Shown: positions 50,351 through 60,082 of the stretch, in pieces
Layout: every line of letters starts with the position of its first letter
How positions within the stretch are numbered: the first letter of the stretch is position 1
Virus record (IMG/VR): IMGVR_UViG_3300025941_000001
Coordinates: 29,825-93,824 of that record
Strand: one strand, 5' to 3'
DNA: 64,000 bases
From: a virus
Program-made: the position numbers and the translations under genes
Notes under the pieces: model-generated
What the model was told of the DNA's origin: nothing
What the model saw: only the letters and a program-made list of their open reading frames with translations
The model's database searches: none

Positions 50351-51424
50351 ATGGCATCCCCAACCATAACTAATGGGATCGAGATCGAAACGTCGAAGAT
50401 GTTTATCGACGCTGTCGAAATGAAGATATTCCCGGGCAACGTGCGCCGGGCTCATGGCCCCGAAGGCAACGGATATCAGCGTGATCCGTACAAGCGCATC
50501 AAGTGGCTGGCCAAACGCTCTAAGACCTTTAACCGCTCTCTGCTTCGCACCATCGAAGTGTCCCCGCGTGCTGATGGTACTTTCGCCATCATCGACGGCG
50601 GCGGGCGCTGGGTGATGTCGCAGTTGGCGCGAGGGGTCACAAAACTTCATTGCCGCGTGCACCACAACCTCACACGCGAGCAAGAAGCTCAACTGTTTCA
50701 CGACTTCGACCGCGAGATTTATCGCTTGCGGGGCATTGACGGCTTCCTCGCGTTGATGCGCGCGGGCGATGTCACTGCCAATGTGATCGCCAAAATGGTC
50801 GAACCGTTCCGTGTCGCGGTCTCGGGCAAGAACACGATCAAGTGCGTCGGGCAGTTTGCAGCCACGATGCAGACGCCCCACGGTCAGCGCGTGTTGGATA
50901 CAACGAGCACGCTCATCGCTAAGAACTGGTGCGGCTACGACAAGGCCACGGGGACCTTCGCATCTCCGTGCTCCATTGATGGTCTCCTGTTCATGTCGGT
51001 TGCCCTTGTGGTGGACGCCGTCAACGAGGCCATCGAAGCCGAGGGTTGGGATGCGTCCGTCGAGAAAGCCTACAAGGGGTATCTCGACCTCGTCCTGTCG
51101 AAAAACTCGGCGGCCAACGTCGTCGCGTATCTCAAGAAAAACTACCCGACTGAAAAGACCGTTCCCGCTACGCTCATCGCGGCAAAATGGCTCGCCAAAA
51201 AGACCCGGGCGTTTGCGATCAAGGACGGCAACGAAGTGTTGACAGACGGCATGATTGACGGCCGCCTGTATGAGGCCTACTCCGAGCCGCGTACCTACGG
51301 CAACCGCATGGAGGCCGAACGCAAGGCCGCCGAGGGTGCCTCCGAGGGCGTGATCAAGGGCAAGGTCAAGTCGAGGAAGGCCAAGAAGGTCGCCGACGAC
51401 CACGACGACGCCTTCCTCGAATAA
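50351..51424 (+). CDS. ParB-like N-terminal domain protein (DUF6551-like)
   Basis: YQRD...VSPRADGTFAIIDGGGRW...LTREQEAQLF. Confidence 0.7.
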   Translation: MASPTITNGIEIETSKMFIDAVEMKIFPGNVRRAHGPEGNGYQRDPYKRIKWLAKRSKTFNRSLLRTIEVSPRADGTFAIIDGGGRWVMSQLARGVTKLHCRVHHNLTREQEAQLFHDFDREIYRLRGIDGFLALMRAGDVTANVIAKMVEPFRVAVSGKNTIKCVGQFAATMQTPHGQRVLDTTSTLIAKNWCGYDKATGTFASPCSIDGLLFMSVALVVDAVNEAIEAEGWDASVEKAYKGYLDLVLSKNSAANVVAYLKKNYPTEKTVPATLIAAKWLAKKTRAFAIKDGNEVLTDGMIDGRLYEAYSEPRTYGNRMEAERKAAEGASEGVIKGKVKSRKAKKVADDHDDAFLE

Positions 51425-52099
51425 CGATTGACAATCGACCCCCTTTGGTTTAGGAGCCAAAGGGGCTTTCTTATCCCCCTAACCCAACGGAGAACCCCCA
51501 TGGGCGTAGACCCATCGTTTCTGTTTGACGTAGTCTTCATCGACACGCCGCCCGAGCGCATCGCGCGTCCGGCTCGGCCCCAGCGCAAGAAGCGCAATAA
51601 GCCGATGAAGGTCAGCATGCTGTTGCACTTCTACGCATGCGCCGAGCCGTTCGCTCCGGAGAAGTGCCGCACCTCCCCGGCCTACACGCAATTCGTCAAA
51701 GAGCTTCTGCACGACGGGCTCATCGAGCGCCCGTCGAAGCGCGAGCGCTTGGAGAACCCGGGCTGGGCATACCGCACGACGGCGAAGGGCGACGCGCTCG
51801 TCAACGCCATCTGCACAGTGCAGAACCCGGTCGAGCGGGTTCACTGGGTCATCCCCGAGTGAAGTGCGCGTGCGGGACGATATTCGAACCGCACGGCAAT
51901 TCGAAAACGTGCTCGCCGGAGTGTAGTGCGAAACGCACCAAGCTCCGCGAGCGCGCATACTGGGCTGCGCATCCCGAGACGCGTGCGCTCGCTCAATTCA
52001 GGCGTCGTGAAGTGGCCGAGAAGATCGCCGCCAAGCGTTTCAATACCAAGCTCGACCGGCTCGTGAAACTTCTTTTCAAACTCACTGGAGAACAACCTC

Positions 52100-52516
52100 A
52101 TGACGGCAATCGAACAGGGCAACGCGGGGAAACTCGCCGACCATCTGATCGCGACCGAGGTCGCGATACAGGACAAGATGTGGGGCGACGCAAACGAACG
52201 CGCCGACACCACGGGCGATCAAATGATGACTGCCGCTATGGCGCAACTCGTGTTGCTCCAGCGTAAGCTCGCGGGAGACCCGAGCGACGAAGCCGTCAAG
52301 CTGGCGCAAGAGTTCTATCCGTCGGATTGGAATGGCTTCCGTGACTACGGTTCGAACGTTGCGAACCTCGTGGTCGCCGCTGCCTTCTTGCGCAGCGAAA
52401 TCAAGCGGCGCATTCTCGGCGGTGAAGACACGACGCGCGCCAAGCGCGGCGAAGCCTACAAGGGACCCGACCTTCCGTATGTGTCGTCAGAAGAGGCTGC
52501 CGCCTCGCTCCAGTGA
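52100..52516 (+). CDS. Hypothetical protein
   Basis: 138 aa, GGAG RBS, YPSDW...NLVVAAAFL motif. Confidence 0.7.
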   Translation: MTAIEQGNAGKLADHLIATEVAIQDKMWGDANERADTTGDQMMTAAMAQLVLLQRKLAGDPSDEAVKLAQEFYPSDWNGFRDYGSNVANLVVAAAFLRSEIKRRILGGEDTTRAKRGEAYKGPDLPYVSSEEAAASLQ

Positions 52517-52602
52517 AAATACTGCGCCTAACCCGCTTGACAGGTGACTGTCGAGCGGGGTAGGACCGCGCCATTGAAATTTCAAACCCGGAGTGTCCCC
52601 CA

Positions 52603-53085
52603 ATGTCCGACGCACTGCTCACACGAATTGCGGAGGGTATCGACGCCCTGCGCGCCGATATCAAGAAGCTCGGCGGTGCATCCGCTGGCGCTACTCCGTC
52701 GAAGCCCGGCCCGGATGCCGCCGCTGCCAAGGCCGCCGCCAAGAAGGCCGCCGACGAAAAAGCCGCCGCTGACAGGGCCGCCGCCGACAAGGCCGCCGCT
52801 GCATCCAAGACCACAACCAAGCCGACCAGCGGTCCGGCCGCAGGCACCAAGGCTCCGGGCGGCAAGCATACCGTCGAGCAGGTTCGGGAGATCATCCGCA
52901 AGGTTGCCGCCGACGCCAACCTCGGCAAGCAGACGGCCAAGGATATTCTCGCCGACGATGGCGGCGTGGAAAAGGTCGTCGATCTCAAGCCCGAGAACTA
53001 CGACAAGGTCTATGAAGCGTGCGAGGTCGCGCTCAAGGCCGAAGGCGGCGGCGCTCCGGCGTCCGACGATGACGATTTGATGTAG
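52603..53085 (+). CDS. Ala/Lys-rich replication-module protein
   Basis: Own TTGACA promoter and downstream hairpin; C-terminal GVEKVVDLKPENY domain. Confidence 0.7.
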   Translation: MSDALLTRIAEGIDALRADIKKLGGASAGATPSKPGPDAAAAKAAAKKAADEKAAADRAAADKAAAASKTTTKPTSGPAAGTKAPGGKHTVEQVREIIRKVAADANLGKQTAKDILADDGGVEKVVDLKPENYDKVYEACEVALKAEGGGAPASDDDDLM

Positions 53086-53161
53086 GGTTGCGCGGCCGGA
53101 GGGCGGCACAGATAGGTCGCGATTGTGCCGCCCCACTTTTCCTCTTGCTTGAGATATTACC

Positions 53162-53746
53162 ATGAAGACCGATCTGACGTTCATCAAGCCATTCGTCGCG
53201 AACGCCCTCCAAGACGACCGGCGAGAGTGGACTGTCCAAGGGTTCGGCTTCTTGCGCACGTACTTCGGCCCGGCCGACGCCCCGAAGAAATTTCGGCTCA
53301 ACCTCTGGCACAGCCGGTTCACGGTGCCGAACGTCTCGACAATCCACGATCATCCGTGGGACCTCACGTCCCTGATCATCGCTGGCCAGATGGTCAATCA
53401 ACGGTATCGCATCGGCCACGCATCGCTCGACCGCACGCATCATTACACGACGATCAAGACCGGCGTCGGCGGCGGGCTGGAGCGCAACGACATGCGCGAC
53501 TGCGCGCTCATCAAGTACCCCTCAGAAATCTATCGTCCCGGCGACAGCTATAAGCAACACGCCGAGGAAATTCACGAAACGATTTTCGCGGACGGCACCG
53601 TCACGCTCAACGAGCGCATCGGCGATACCGAGCACGCTCGCGTGTTCTGGCCGTACCAAACCGACTGGGTCGATGCATTCCCGCGCCCGGCTACGCGCGA
53701 GGAAGTTGCCGACACGGTCCTCATGTCGCTCAGGGAGTGGTTCTAA
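53162..53746 (+). CDS. Cupin-fold hypothetical protein
   Basis: RLNLWH...IHDHPWD...IH motif. Confidence 0.65.
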   Translation: MKTDLTFIKPFVANALQDDRREWTVQGFGFLRTYFGPADAPKKFRLNLWHSRFTVPNVSTIHDHPWDLTSLIIAGQMVNQRYRIGHASLDRTHHYTTIKTGVGGGLERNDMRDCALIKYPSEIYRPGDSYKQHAEEIHETIFADGTVTLNERIGDTEHARVFWPYQTDWVDAFPRPATREEVADTVLMSLREWF

Positions 53747-54045
53747 TGGCCACGGAAAAACGACAGGTCTCCATTGTCGGCTCCAGCTTCTATCCGGGAG
53801 CGGCTGACTGGCTGCCTCGGCTCGGTCCGGGACAGATAGTCCGGTTGGAGCGCGAGCCCGACAACAAGTACGACGAGAACGCCATCAGCGTTCACATCTT
53901 TCAACAGCAACTTGGTCATCTGCCGCGAGGGTTCGCAGCCGAAGTCGCGCCACTGATCGATGCTGGCAAATCGATCAAGGCATGGAAGTCGCGGGACCCG
54001 CGCTTCGCAGGCTCCGGCGTCCTCGTGGTGGAGTGGGAAACGTGA
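53746..54045 (+). CDS. HIRAN domain protein
   Basis: IVGSSFY...LEREPDNKYDENAISV...LGHLPR. Confidence 0.88.
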   Translation: MATEKRQVSIVGSSFYPGAADWLPRLGPGQIVRLEREPDNKYDENAISVHIFQQQLGHLPRGFAAEVAPLIDAGKSIKAWKSRDPRFAGSGVLVVEWET

Positions 54046-54446
54046 GCGTCAAGACTGTCAAGGTCATCAAGCCGACCGGCCTATTTCTGACCGAAGACGT
54101 GCTCCGCAACACTTACGGGCTGTTGCATTCGTGCGAGCCGTTCTGCTACTGGGGCTTGCCCGAGAAGCATGACGTGATCTTCAAAGTGATGAAGATGCGC
54201 GACACGGCTGGCGATCACTCGTATGACAAGGCCAAGCGCATTCACACAATCCGGATTAGCTCGCGATGTGTCGCGACCTATCATCGGCTCGGCATGATCA
54301 TGGGCCACGAGATGGTGCACGTTGCCGAGGTCGAACTCAAGACCGTCACGCCCGGGGCGATGCACAACCTCGCCTTCCTGCGCATGTCCAACGAGGTCTG
54401 CGGCTGTCATGGCTTCGACCGTCACGACTTCGCGGAGATCGAATGA
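54042..54446 (+). CDS. SprT-like zinc metalloprotease domain protein
   Basis: HEMVH plus downstream HNLAF. Confidence 0.6.
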   Translation: MSVKTVKVIKPTGLFLTEDVLRNTYGLLHSCEPFCYWGLPEKHDVIFKVMKMRDTAGDHSYDKAKRIHTIRISSRCVATYHRLGMIMGHEMVHVAEVELKTVTPGAMHNLAFLRMSNEVCGCHGFDRHDFAEIE

Positions 54447-55021
54447 CCCCCGAGCAAGCCGCCGAGATCATCAACTCAACCGAGCCGGGCTGGCGCGTTC
54501 TCGCGGTCGCGGTGCCGACCCGCGCGCTCCGCGTCATCGGGGATGACCTCGGGCTCAAGTTTCGCGTCGAGCAACTCGACCCGGGCACGGGGCCGTTGAA
54601 GGGCGTCTACACATGGAGGCCAGTCTCCACGCACGCGGGCGATGAGAGCTTCGAGAGCTTCGGCCCGGCGATACAGGATATGTGCACCAAGCAGGTTCGG
54701 CTCAAGGAAAAGATCAAGCTCGCTCAACACGAGAGCCGCATGGCTCGCATCAAGGCAGAGAACCCGCATGGCACAGCCCACTAGCGCCGCAGTCGTCCGG
54801 CACATCACGCGGGATCACGTCATCATCGCGCCTGAGAAGGGCTATACGGTGACCGTGTTCAACCTCGCCGAGGGTAACGTCGAAGCTATCGTCGCCGCCG
54901 ATGATGGCTCTGAAACCATTCGCCTGCTCGTCGCAGGCCCCGGCCCTGACCAAACGATGTCGATCAAGACCGACAAGAGCGGCGTCGTCGATATTGTCTA
55001 CACTGCAACCGAGGAACAGCC

Positions 55022-55384
55022 ATGAGCAGCCTTCTACAGCACGCCAAGTTCGAACTCCGCAACGCGGGCCTCTTCGACGCCGACGCCGACTACGGCGGCG
55101 ATGTCGCCGTGCAGGCCACGTCCCTGATGGAGGTGTTCGCGGCGTATGGACATTCCGGCGGAAGCGCCGAGCAAACGCTCAAGGTCTTCGAGACGCTCGC
55201 CCGGGGTCTGCCACTGTCGCCGCTGACCGGCGATGATAGCGAGTGGGAGAAAGAGCGGCCCGGCACGGGGATGCAACAGAACGCGCGCTGCATCCACGTG
55301 TTCAAGGACAATGAGATGTCGTGGGATGTTCGTTTCGGTCGCAAGCCGATCACGTTCCCCTACGCCCCGCCGGAGAAGTTTTAA
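55022..55384 (+). CDS. Conserved-looking phage hypothetical protein
   Basis: GHSGGSA...LSPLTGDDSEW...QNARCIHVFK. Confidence 0.7.
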   Translation: MSSLLQHAKFELRNAGLFDADADYGGDVAVQATSLMEVFAAYGHSGGSAEQTLKVFETLARGLPLSPLTGDDSEWEKERPGTGMQQNARCIHVFKDNEMSWDVRFGRKPITFPYAPPEKF

Positions 55385-55537
55385 TGGCCACATTCATCGG
55401 GGCGATAGTGTGGGCGGTCGCGGTCTTCATCGTCGCCGGTCTTCTGTCGCTCCCAATCTCATGGCAACTCATCACGTTCGGCGTCGCGTGCAGCATGGTA
55501 AGCGACATGATCCGGGATGTGGTCAAAAAGGATTAAC

Positions 55538-56821
55538 ATGGCCCACGCAAAGCTTTCGCCCTCGGCCTCGCATCGGTGGATGAATTGTCCCGGCTCCATC
55601 GCCCTCATCGGCGATGATAGCTCGACGACAAATCAGGCGGCGATGCTCGGCACCGCCGCGCACAAGCTCATCGAAATCATGATCCAGAACGATCATCACG
55701 AGGCGCGCGAGTACCACGGCTCGACCTTCCTCGTGAAGGCGGACGGCGACGAAGAGACCGAGTATTATCCGCCCGGCACGCCCGCGCTCGACCCCGAGCA
55801 AGCGCGTCCGGGATGGTTCATGTTCATCGCCGACGAGAAGATGATAGAAGGCGTGCAGCAAACCATTGACGAGGTGGACCGGCTCAAGATGGAGATGTGC
55901 GAAGGGACGGAAGTCTTCTCCGAGCGCTATCTCGACGGCTCGTGGCTCGACGAACGTCTCGGCGGCACGGCCGACGTGACCTTGGTCGAGCCGTTCGGCT
56001 GGATCAACCTCGTCGATCACAAGAACGGCTATATCCTCGTCGAGGCCAAGGACAACGATCAGCTAAAGCAGTACGGTGTCTTTTTGTTGCACGAGCATCC
56101 CGACGCCGAGGGCGTCACGGTGACGATCTCGCAACCGAACGCGCCGCACGCCGAGGGGCTGATCCGCTCGGAACGCTTCACCGCTGATGAGTTGAAGCTC
56201 TACGAAATCCAGATGAAGCAAGCGGCCGAGGCAACCTCGTTGCCGAACGCCCCGCTGCGCGCTGGCGATTGGTGCCTTTGGTGCCCGGCCAAGACGCGGT
56301 GCAAGGCCTATGACGCAATGCTGCTCGAAGAGGCTGGCATCGACTTCGCCGAGGAAGAGCCGCCCGCGATGCTCCCGACGCCGGTCACGACCGCCGACCT
56401 CGCGCACAAGATGGAATGGGTCCCCGTGATCGAAGCGTGGATTGGCAACATCAAGGCCGACATCCAACGCGAGCTTGAGAACGGCAACGAGGTGCCCGGC
56501 TGGAAACTCGTGCGCGGTCGCTCGAAGCGCCGATGGATGAGCGAGGCCGCTGTCAAGGAAAAGCTGATCGACGAACTGGGTCTGGCCGAGGCCGATCTGC
56601 TCGTCGAGCCCAAGCTCAAGACGCCTGCGCAAATCGAGAAGCTCGGCGTCGGCAAGGAACAGCGGAAGGCGGTCAAGGCCGCCGTCAGTGAATTGGCGTT
56701 CATGCCCAACGGCGCGCTCGCCATCGCACCGTCGTATGATCCGCGCGAGGCCGCGAGCGCACTCGATGACGCGGCCAACGAGTTCATGACTGACGAGGAT
56801 GATGGGGATGACTTCTCATGA
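55538..56821 (+). CDS. DUF2800 Cas4-like PD-(D/E)XK nuclease
   Basis: HAKLSPSASHRWMNCPGS, GTAAH, GGTAD, VDHKNG, WCLWCPAKTRC, GWKLVRGRSKRRW. Confidence 0.9.
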   Translation: MAHAKLSPSASHRWMNCPGSIALIGDDSSTTNQAAMLGTAAHKLIEIMIQNDHHEAREYHGSTFLVKADGDEETEYYPPGTPALDPEQARPGWFMFIADEKMIEGVQQTIDEVDRLKMEMCEGTEVFSERYLDGSWLDERLGGTADVTLVEPFGWINLVDHKNGYILVEAKDNDQLKQYGVFLLHEHPDAEGVTVTISQPNAPHAEGLIRSERFTADELKLYEIQMKQAAEATSLPNAPLRAGDWCLWCPAKTRCKAYDAMLLEEAGIDFAEEEPPAMLPTPVTTADLAHKMEWVPVIEAWIGNIKADIQRELENGNEVPGWKLVRGRSKRRWMSEAAVKEKLIDELGLAEADLLVEPKLKTPAQIEKLGVGKEQRKAVKAAVSELAFMPNGALAIAPSYDPREAASALDDAANEFMTDEDDGDDFS

Positions 56822-57042
56822 TCACGCAAGCTGACATCGACCGCGATCTCGCGCACGCTCAGGAGAATGGTTTCTTCACCGACATGAAGCGGTGCACGGT
56901 CGCCGAGATCGTGCTCGACCTTCAAACATACTCGCAAACATGCGAGGATGAGCCCGACGAAGTCTTGACGCCGCTAGTGCAAGCGTGGTATGACGCCCAA
57001 CTCTTTGGGGATAGCCAAGCTGGTAAGGCGGCGGACTGTTAA
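56818..57042 (+). CDS. Hypothetical protein whose 3' end overlaps the tRNA
   Basis: ATGA-coupled to the nuclease; stop codon lies in the tRNA anticodon loop. Confidence 0.5.
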   Translation: MITQADIDRDLAHAQENGFFTDMKRCTVAEIVLDLQTYSQTCEDEPDEVLTPLVQAWYDAQLFGDSQAGKAADC

Positions 57043-57079
57043 TCCGTGATCGTAGGTTCGAACCCTACTCCCCGAGCCA
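57005..57079 (+). tRNA. tRNA-Asn(GTT)
   Basis: Acceptor stem TTGGGGA/TCCCCGA, D-arm, GCGGA-CTGTTAA-TCCGT anticodon arm, GTAGG-TTCGAAC-CCTAC T-arm, encoded CCA. Confidence 0.93.
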
Positions 57080-57099
57080 AATTCAAAGAGGGAGCCACC

Positions 57100-57447
57100 A
57101 TGCAGCCGACCACGACACGCGGAGCCCAGTATAATTTCCAGAAGCCGGAAAACTGGAACGACGAAGAGCAGGGCGCGTCCTGCGGCGATCTCCAAGTGCG
57201 CAAGCAGATGTCCGGACCGCAAGGCCGCATCGAATGCGTAAGCGCGTGGAAGCCCAGCGTCGAGGACCTCGCGCTGCTCAACCGTGGCGGCGTCGTCGAG
57301 CTTGCGATCTGTGCGCTTGATCAGCCGGTCGTCGGCATGTGCGTGGTCGAGCCTGTCGGCGGCATCCTCGAAAGCGATCAGGCATCGCTCGACCGAGCGA
57401 TCACAATCAACGAGCACGCCCATGGAGACGACAGCCATGGGGCATGA
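57100..57447 (+). CDS. Hypothetical protein
   Basis: GGAG RBS; PENWN...CGDL...SAWKPS...LNRGG. Confidence 0.7.
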   Translation: MQPTTTRGAQYNFQKPENWNDEEQGASCGDLQVRKQMSGPQGRIECVSAWKPSVEDLALLNRGGVVELAICALDQPVVGMCVVEPVGGILESDQASLDRAITINEHAHGDDSHGA

Positions 57448-58162
57448 CGAGCACGGCCCGGCGTATCCCGAGCCGCCCAAGGACAGTGTCCCGGTCCTGC
57501 TCTCGCGCGGTGAGTACCGCATCTCCCGGGAGGCATATGAACACTATGGAGCCGACATGCTCGAAGCCCTCAATCGTCCGCCGTATCGCTGCCCGATTTG
57601 TCGTGGTGATAGCTGGCGCTATGTTGAATGCGAGTATCCGGGTTGTCCTGATGGTCGTGATCGTGGACATCCGCATGCGGCGCTCCGGGAGACGTATGAC
57701 GGACCGGCACCTTCGAAGCATCCCGTAGCGCGGGTTCTGTTCGGCTGCGCGCTCGTCATCGCGCTCGTCATGTATATGATGTGGCCGCGCTCGGCTCCGG
57801 CTATGGATCACGGCTTCAACCCGGACAACGCGACCGTGAAGTGGATGGAGAGCCTCCAGCGTCCGAACACGCCCGGCTCGTGCTGCGGCAAGGGCGACGG
57901 CTACCCGGTCGAGGACTACTGGCCGAACCCGGACGGCTCGTGGACAGCGAAGATCGGCGACGGCTCAGCCATGAAGTATCCGGACGGCACGACCCGCGAG
58001 TATATCGCCAGCGGCACCGAGGTCATCGTGCCGAGAGAACTCGTCAATCCGTGGGATGACGACCTTGGCAACCCGACCGATGTCAGTTGGCTTTTCATGA
58101 CCGTTCACGCGGCCGAAGTTGGCACGATCTATTGCCTCATTCGGCATCCTCAAGGGGGATAA
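57437..58162 (+). CDS. Mosaic membrane protein with a Cys-rich exported domain
   Basis: TMP-like motif, CxxC, TM helix, SCCGKGDG domain; start uncertain. Confidence 0.6.
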   Translation: MGHDEHGPAYPEPPKDSVPVLLSRGEYRISREAYEHYGADMLEALNRPPYRCPICRGDSWRYVECEYPGCPDGRDRGHPHAALRETYDGPAPSKHPVARVLFGCALVIALVMYMMWPRSAPAMDHGFNPDNATVKWMESLQRPNTPGSCCGKGDGYPVEDYWPNPDGSWTAKIGDGSAMKYPDGTTREYIASGTEVIVPRELVNPWDDDLGNPTDVSWLFMTVHAAEVGTIYCLIRHPQGG

Positions 58163-58313
58163 AAATGACTTGTGAAAGTTGCGCGCGTCGTCGTGTTGAG
58201 ATGGCGATCATCGTGAAGGCCGGGCAGGAGTGGATCAAAAACCCAGCCGGTCCGAGGGTGGACGAGATCATCCTTCGTCTCCGCGCGGAAGCCATTGCCA
58301 AGGGGGAATTGAA

Positions 58314-58934
58314 ATGACGTTGCTCGACCGTGTTCTGGAGCTTTGGATCACTGTCGTCATGATTGTCGGGGGATATCAGTTTTACTTCTGGGCGCAGCGC
58401 CAGACGTTTTTCGATGCCCGATACTTCGAGACGAAGTGGGATCAAAAGATCAACTTTGATCCGCGCTGGGTCTGGATTTATTCCGGGCTCTACTACCCGA
58501 TGATCCTGCTCGCCGCGCTGTCGGTGCCGACGTGGACCGAGTACGCCTACACGGTCGGCTGTTTTCTCTCACTGCTCGCCATACAGGTGACGTTCTTCGT
58601 CCTCTGGCCGGTCGCCATTCCAGCGACGTGGCGCGATGCGGCGCACGTGCACGAGGCGCGCGGCTCCAAGCCGCACTCGATGCGTATGCTCGACATGGTC
58701 TGGAGCTACGACAAGCTCCGCAATAGTCTGCCTAGCATGCACGTGAGCGTCGCCATGATGGTTGATCTAACCATCGGCCGCAACTGGCCGACCATGGGGA
58801 TCATCTGCGCGGCGTTCCCGTTGCTGATCGCGATCTCCGCGCTCAAAACCAAGCAGCACTATGTCGTGGATGTCGTCCCCGGGGCGCTGCTCGGGGCTGC
58901 AACATTTTTCGCTTGGCATCAATTTATCGCTTGA
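58314..58934 (+). CDS. PAP2-superfamily integral membrane phosphatase/phosphotransferase
   Basis: Multiple TM segments; NSLPSMHV and KQHYVVDVVPG catalytic motifs. Confidence 0.85.
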   Translation: MTLLDRVLELWITVVMIVGGYQFYFWAQRQTFFDARYFETKWDQKINFDPRWVWIYSGLYYPMILLAALSVPTWTEYAYTVGCFLSLLAIQVTFFVLWPVAIPATWRDAAHVHEARGSKPHSMRMLDMVWSYDKLRNSLPSMHVSVAMMVDLTIGRNWPTMGIICAAFPLLIAISALKTKQHYVVDVVPGALLGAATFFAWHQFIA

Positions 58935-58956
58935 CATAGGGTTAACACTTCGTTAA
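58931..58956 (+). promoter_or_regulatory. TTGACA promoter overlapped by a consensus CtrA box
   Basis: GTTAACACTTCGTTAA at 58941-58956 equals TTAA-N7-TTAAC on the minus strand. Confidence 0.6.
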
Positions 58957-59013
58957 TACCCGTCCCTGCCAAGTCCAATTATCACATCACATCAAATCGA
59001 AAGGACGGACACC

Positions 59014-59640
59014 ATGGCAAACGCTGCTACAACTGCGCCCGGCAAAAAGGGCTCCCGCTTGCTGACCCCGAAGTTCCGCGTCAGCTTCCCCCAAGTCTTC
59101 GAGAAGGCCAGCTACAACAACGGGACCCCTCGGTTCTCGCTCGTCGGCCTGTTCTACCCGAAGCAATTCACCGACGCCGACAAGGCCAAGTGGGATGCCA
59201 TCAAGAAGAAACTCGGCGAGGTTTGCGTCGAGTTCTTCAAGAAGGACATCAAGACCATGAAGGAAGATCGGTCTTTCAAAATCCCCTTCCACAAGGGGAA
59301 CGAGAAGGACTATCAGGGCTACGGTGATCCGGACATGGTGTTCTTCTCCATGGCCAACTCGAAGCGTCGCCCGCAAATCCTCGACGTGTCGGGCAACGCC
59401 ATCACGGCCGAGAACTCGGAAGAGTTCTACGCCGGTTGCTGGGCTCGCGCCTCGGTCAACCCCTACGCCTTCAACAACATCGGCAAGGGTCTGGCCATCG
59501 GTCTGGGCAATATTCAGAAGCTCGGCGACGACGAGAGCTTCGAAGGCTTCACCTCGGCCGAGGACGATTTCGGCGATGATCCGGCCGAAGGTTTCGGCTC
59601 GGATGACGACGATCTCGGCGGTGACGACGATCTGGGCTAG
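59014..59640 (+). CDS. Single-stranded DNA-binding protein (DUF2815/gp2.5-like)
   Basis: RVSFPQVF...FYAGCWARASV...GLGNIQKLGDDE, acidic tail. Confidence 0.88.
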   Translation: MANAATTAPGKKGSRLLTPKFRVSFPQVFEKASYNNGTPRFSLVGLFYPKQFTDADKAKWDAIKKKLGEVCVEFFKKDIKTMKEDRSFKIPFHKGNEKDYQGYGDPDMVFFSMANSKRRPQILDVSGNAITAENSEEFYAGCWARASVNPYAFNNIGKGLAIGLGNIQKLGDDESFEGFTSAEDDFGDDPAEGFGSDDDDLGGDDDLG

Positions 59641-59704
59641 TCTCGGGCACAGTCCCGTAACGGCAAGCCGTATCCGCGCTGATGACACAGCCGGGAGACT
59701 ATTA

Positions 59705-59738
59705 GGGGCGCGATTTCGGTTCACCGATTTCGCGCCCC
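59705..59738 (+). terminator. Hairpin after the SSB gene
   Basis: GGGGCGCGA...TCGCGCCCC; no clear T-tract. Confidence 0.45.
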
Positions 59739-60082
59739 AACCATATTGACAGCCTTTTGAGACAGTGCTTTGTCATGGCATTCTGTCCCCTCTGGAAAGG
59801 TCCTTCAATGTCCCCAACCGAAACGAAGATTGAGCTTGTCACAGAGAGCATCGAGGCTCTCGTGCTCGCCGAGGTCATCGCTACCAACCCCGCGTGCTCC
59901 GAACACGAACGGCACATCGCCGTCAAGAATGTTCGCGACGCCCGCGAGTGCCTCTCGAAGGCGCTCAAGGAATTTCTGGCACCGACGCTGCGCGTCGTGC
60001 GAGTACAGGATCAGCGCATCGCTGGCGCTATCGAGCGCACGGTCACGCGCACCACGGTCGAAGATCGTCGGCCCAATCTCGC

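Noticed and set aside
55538-56821. Cas4-like nuclease as evidence of CRISPR-Cas
   Set aside because: DUF2800 with SSB, PolA and SNF2 is a standard phage replication module; there is no array.
59679-59700. CTGATGA as a hammerhead ribozyme core
   Set aside because: No GAAA or stem II/III arrangement follows.
59894-60082. Long upstream extensions in the ORF track (polymerase, capsid 11665, primase 49599, 27025)
   Set aside because: RBS position, gene overlaps and family N-termini favour the downstream starts used here.
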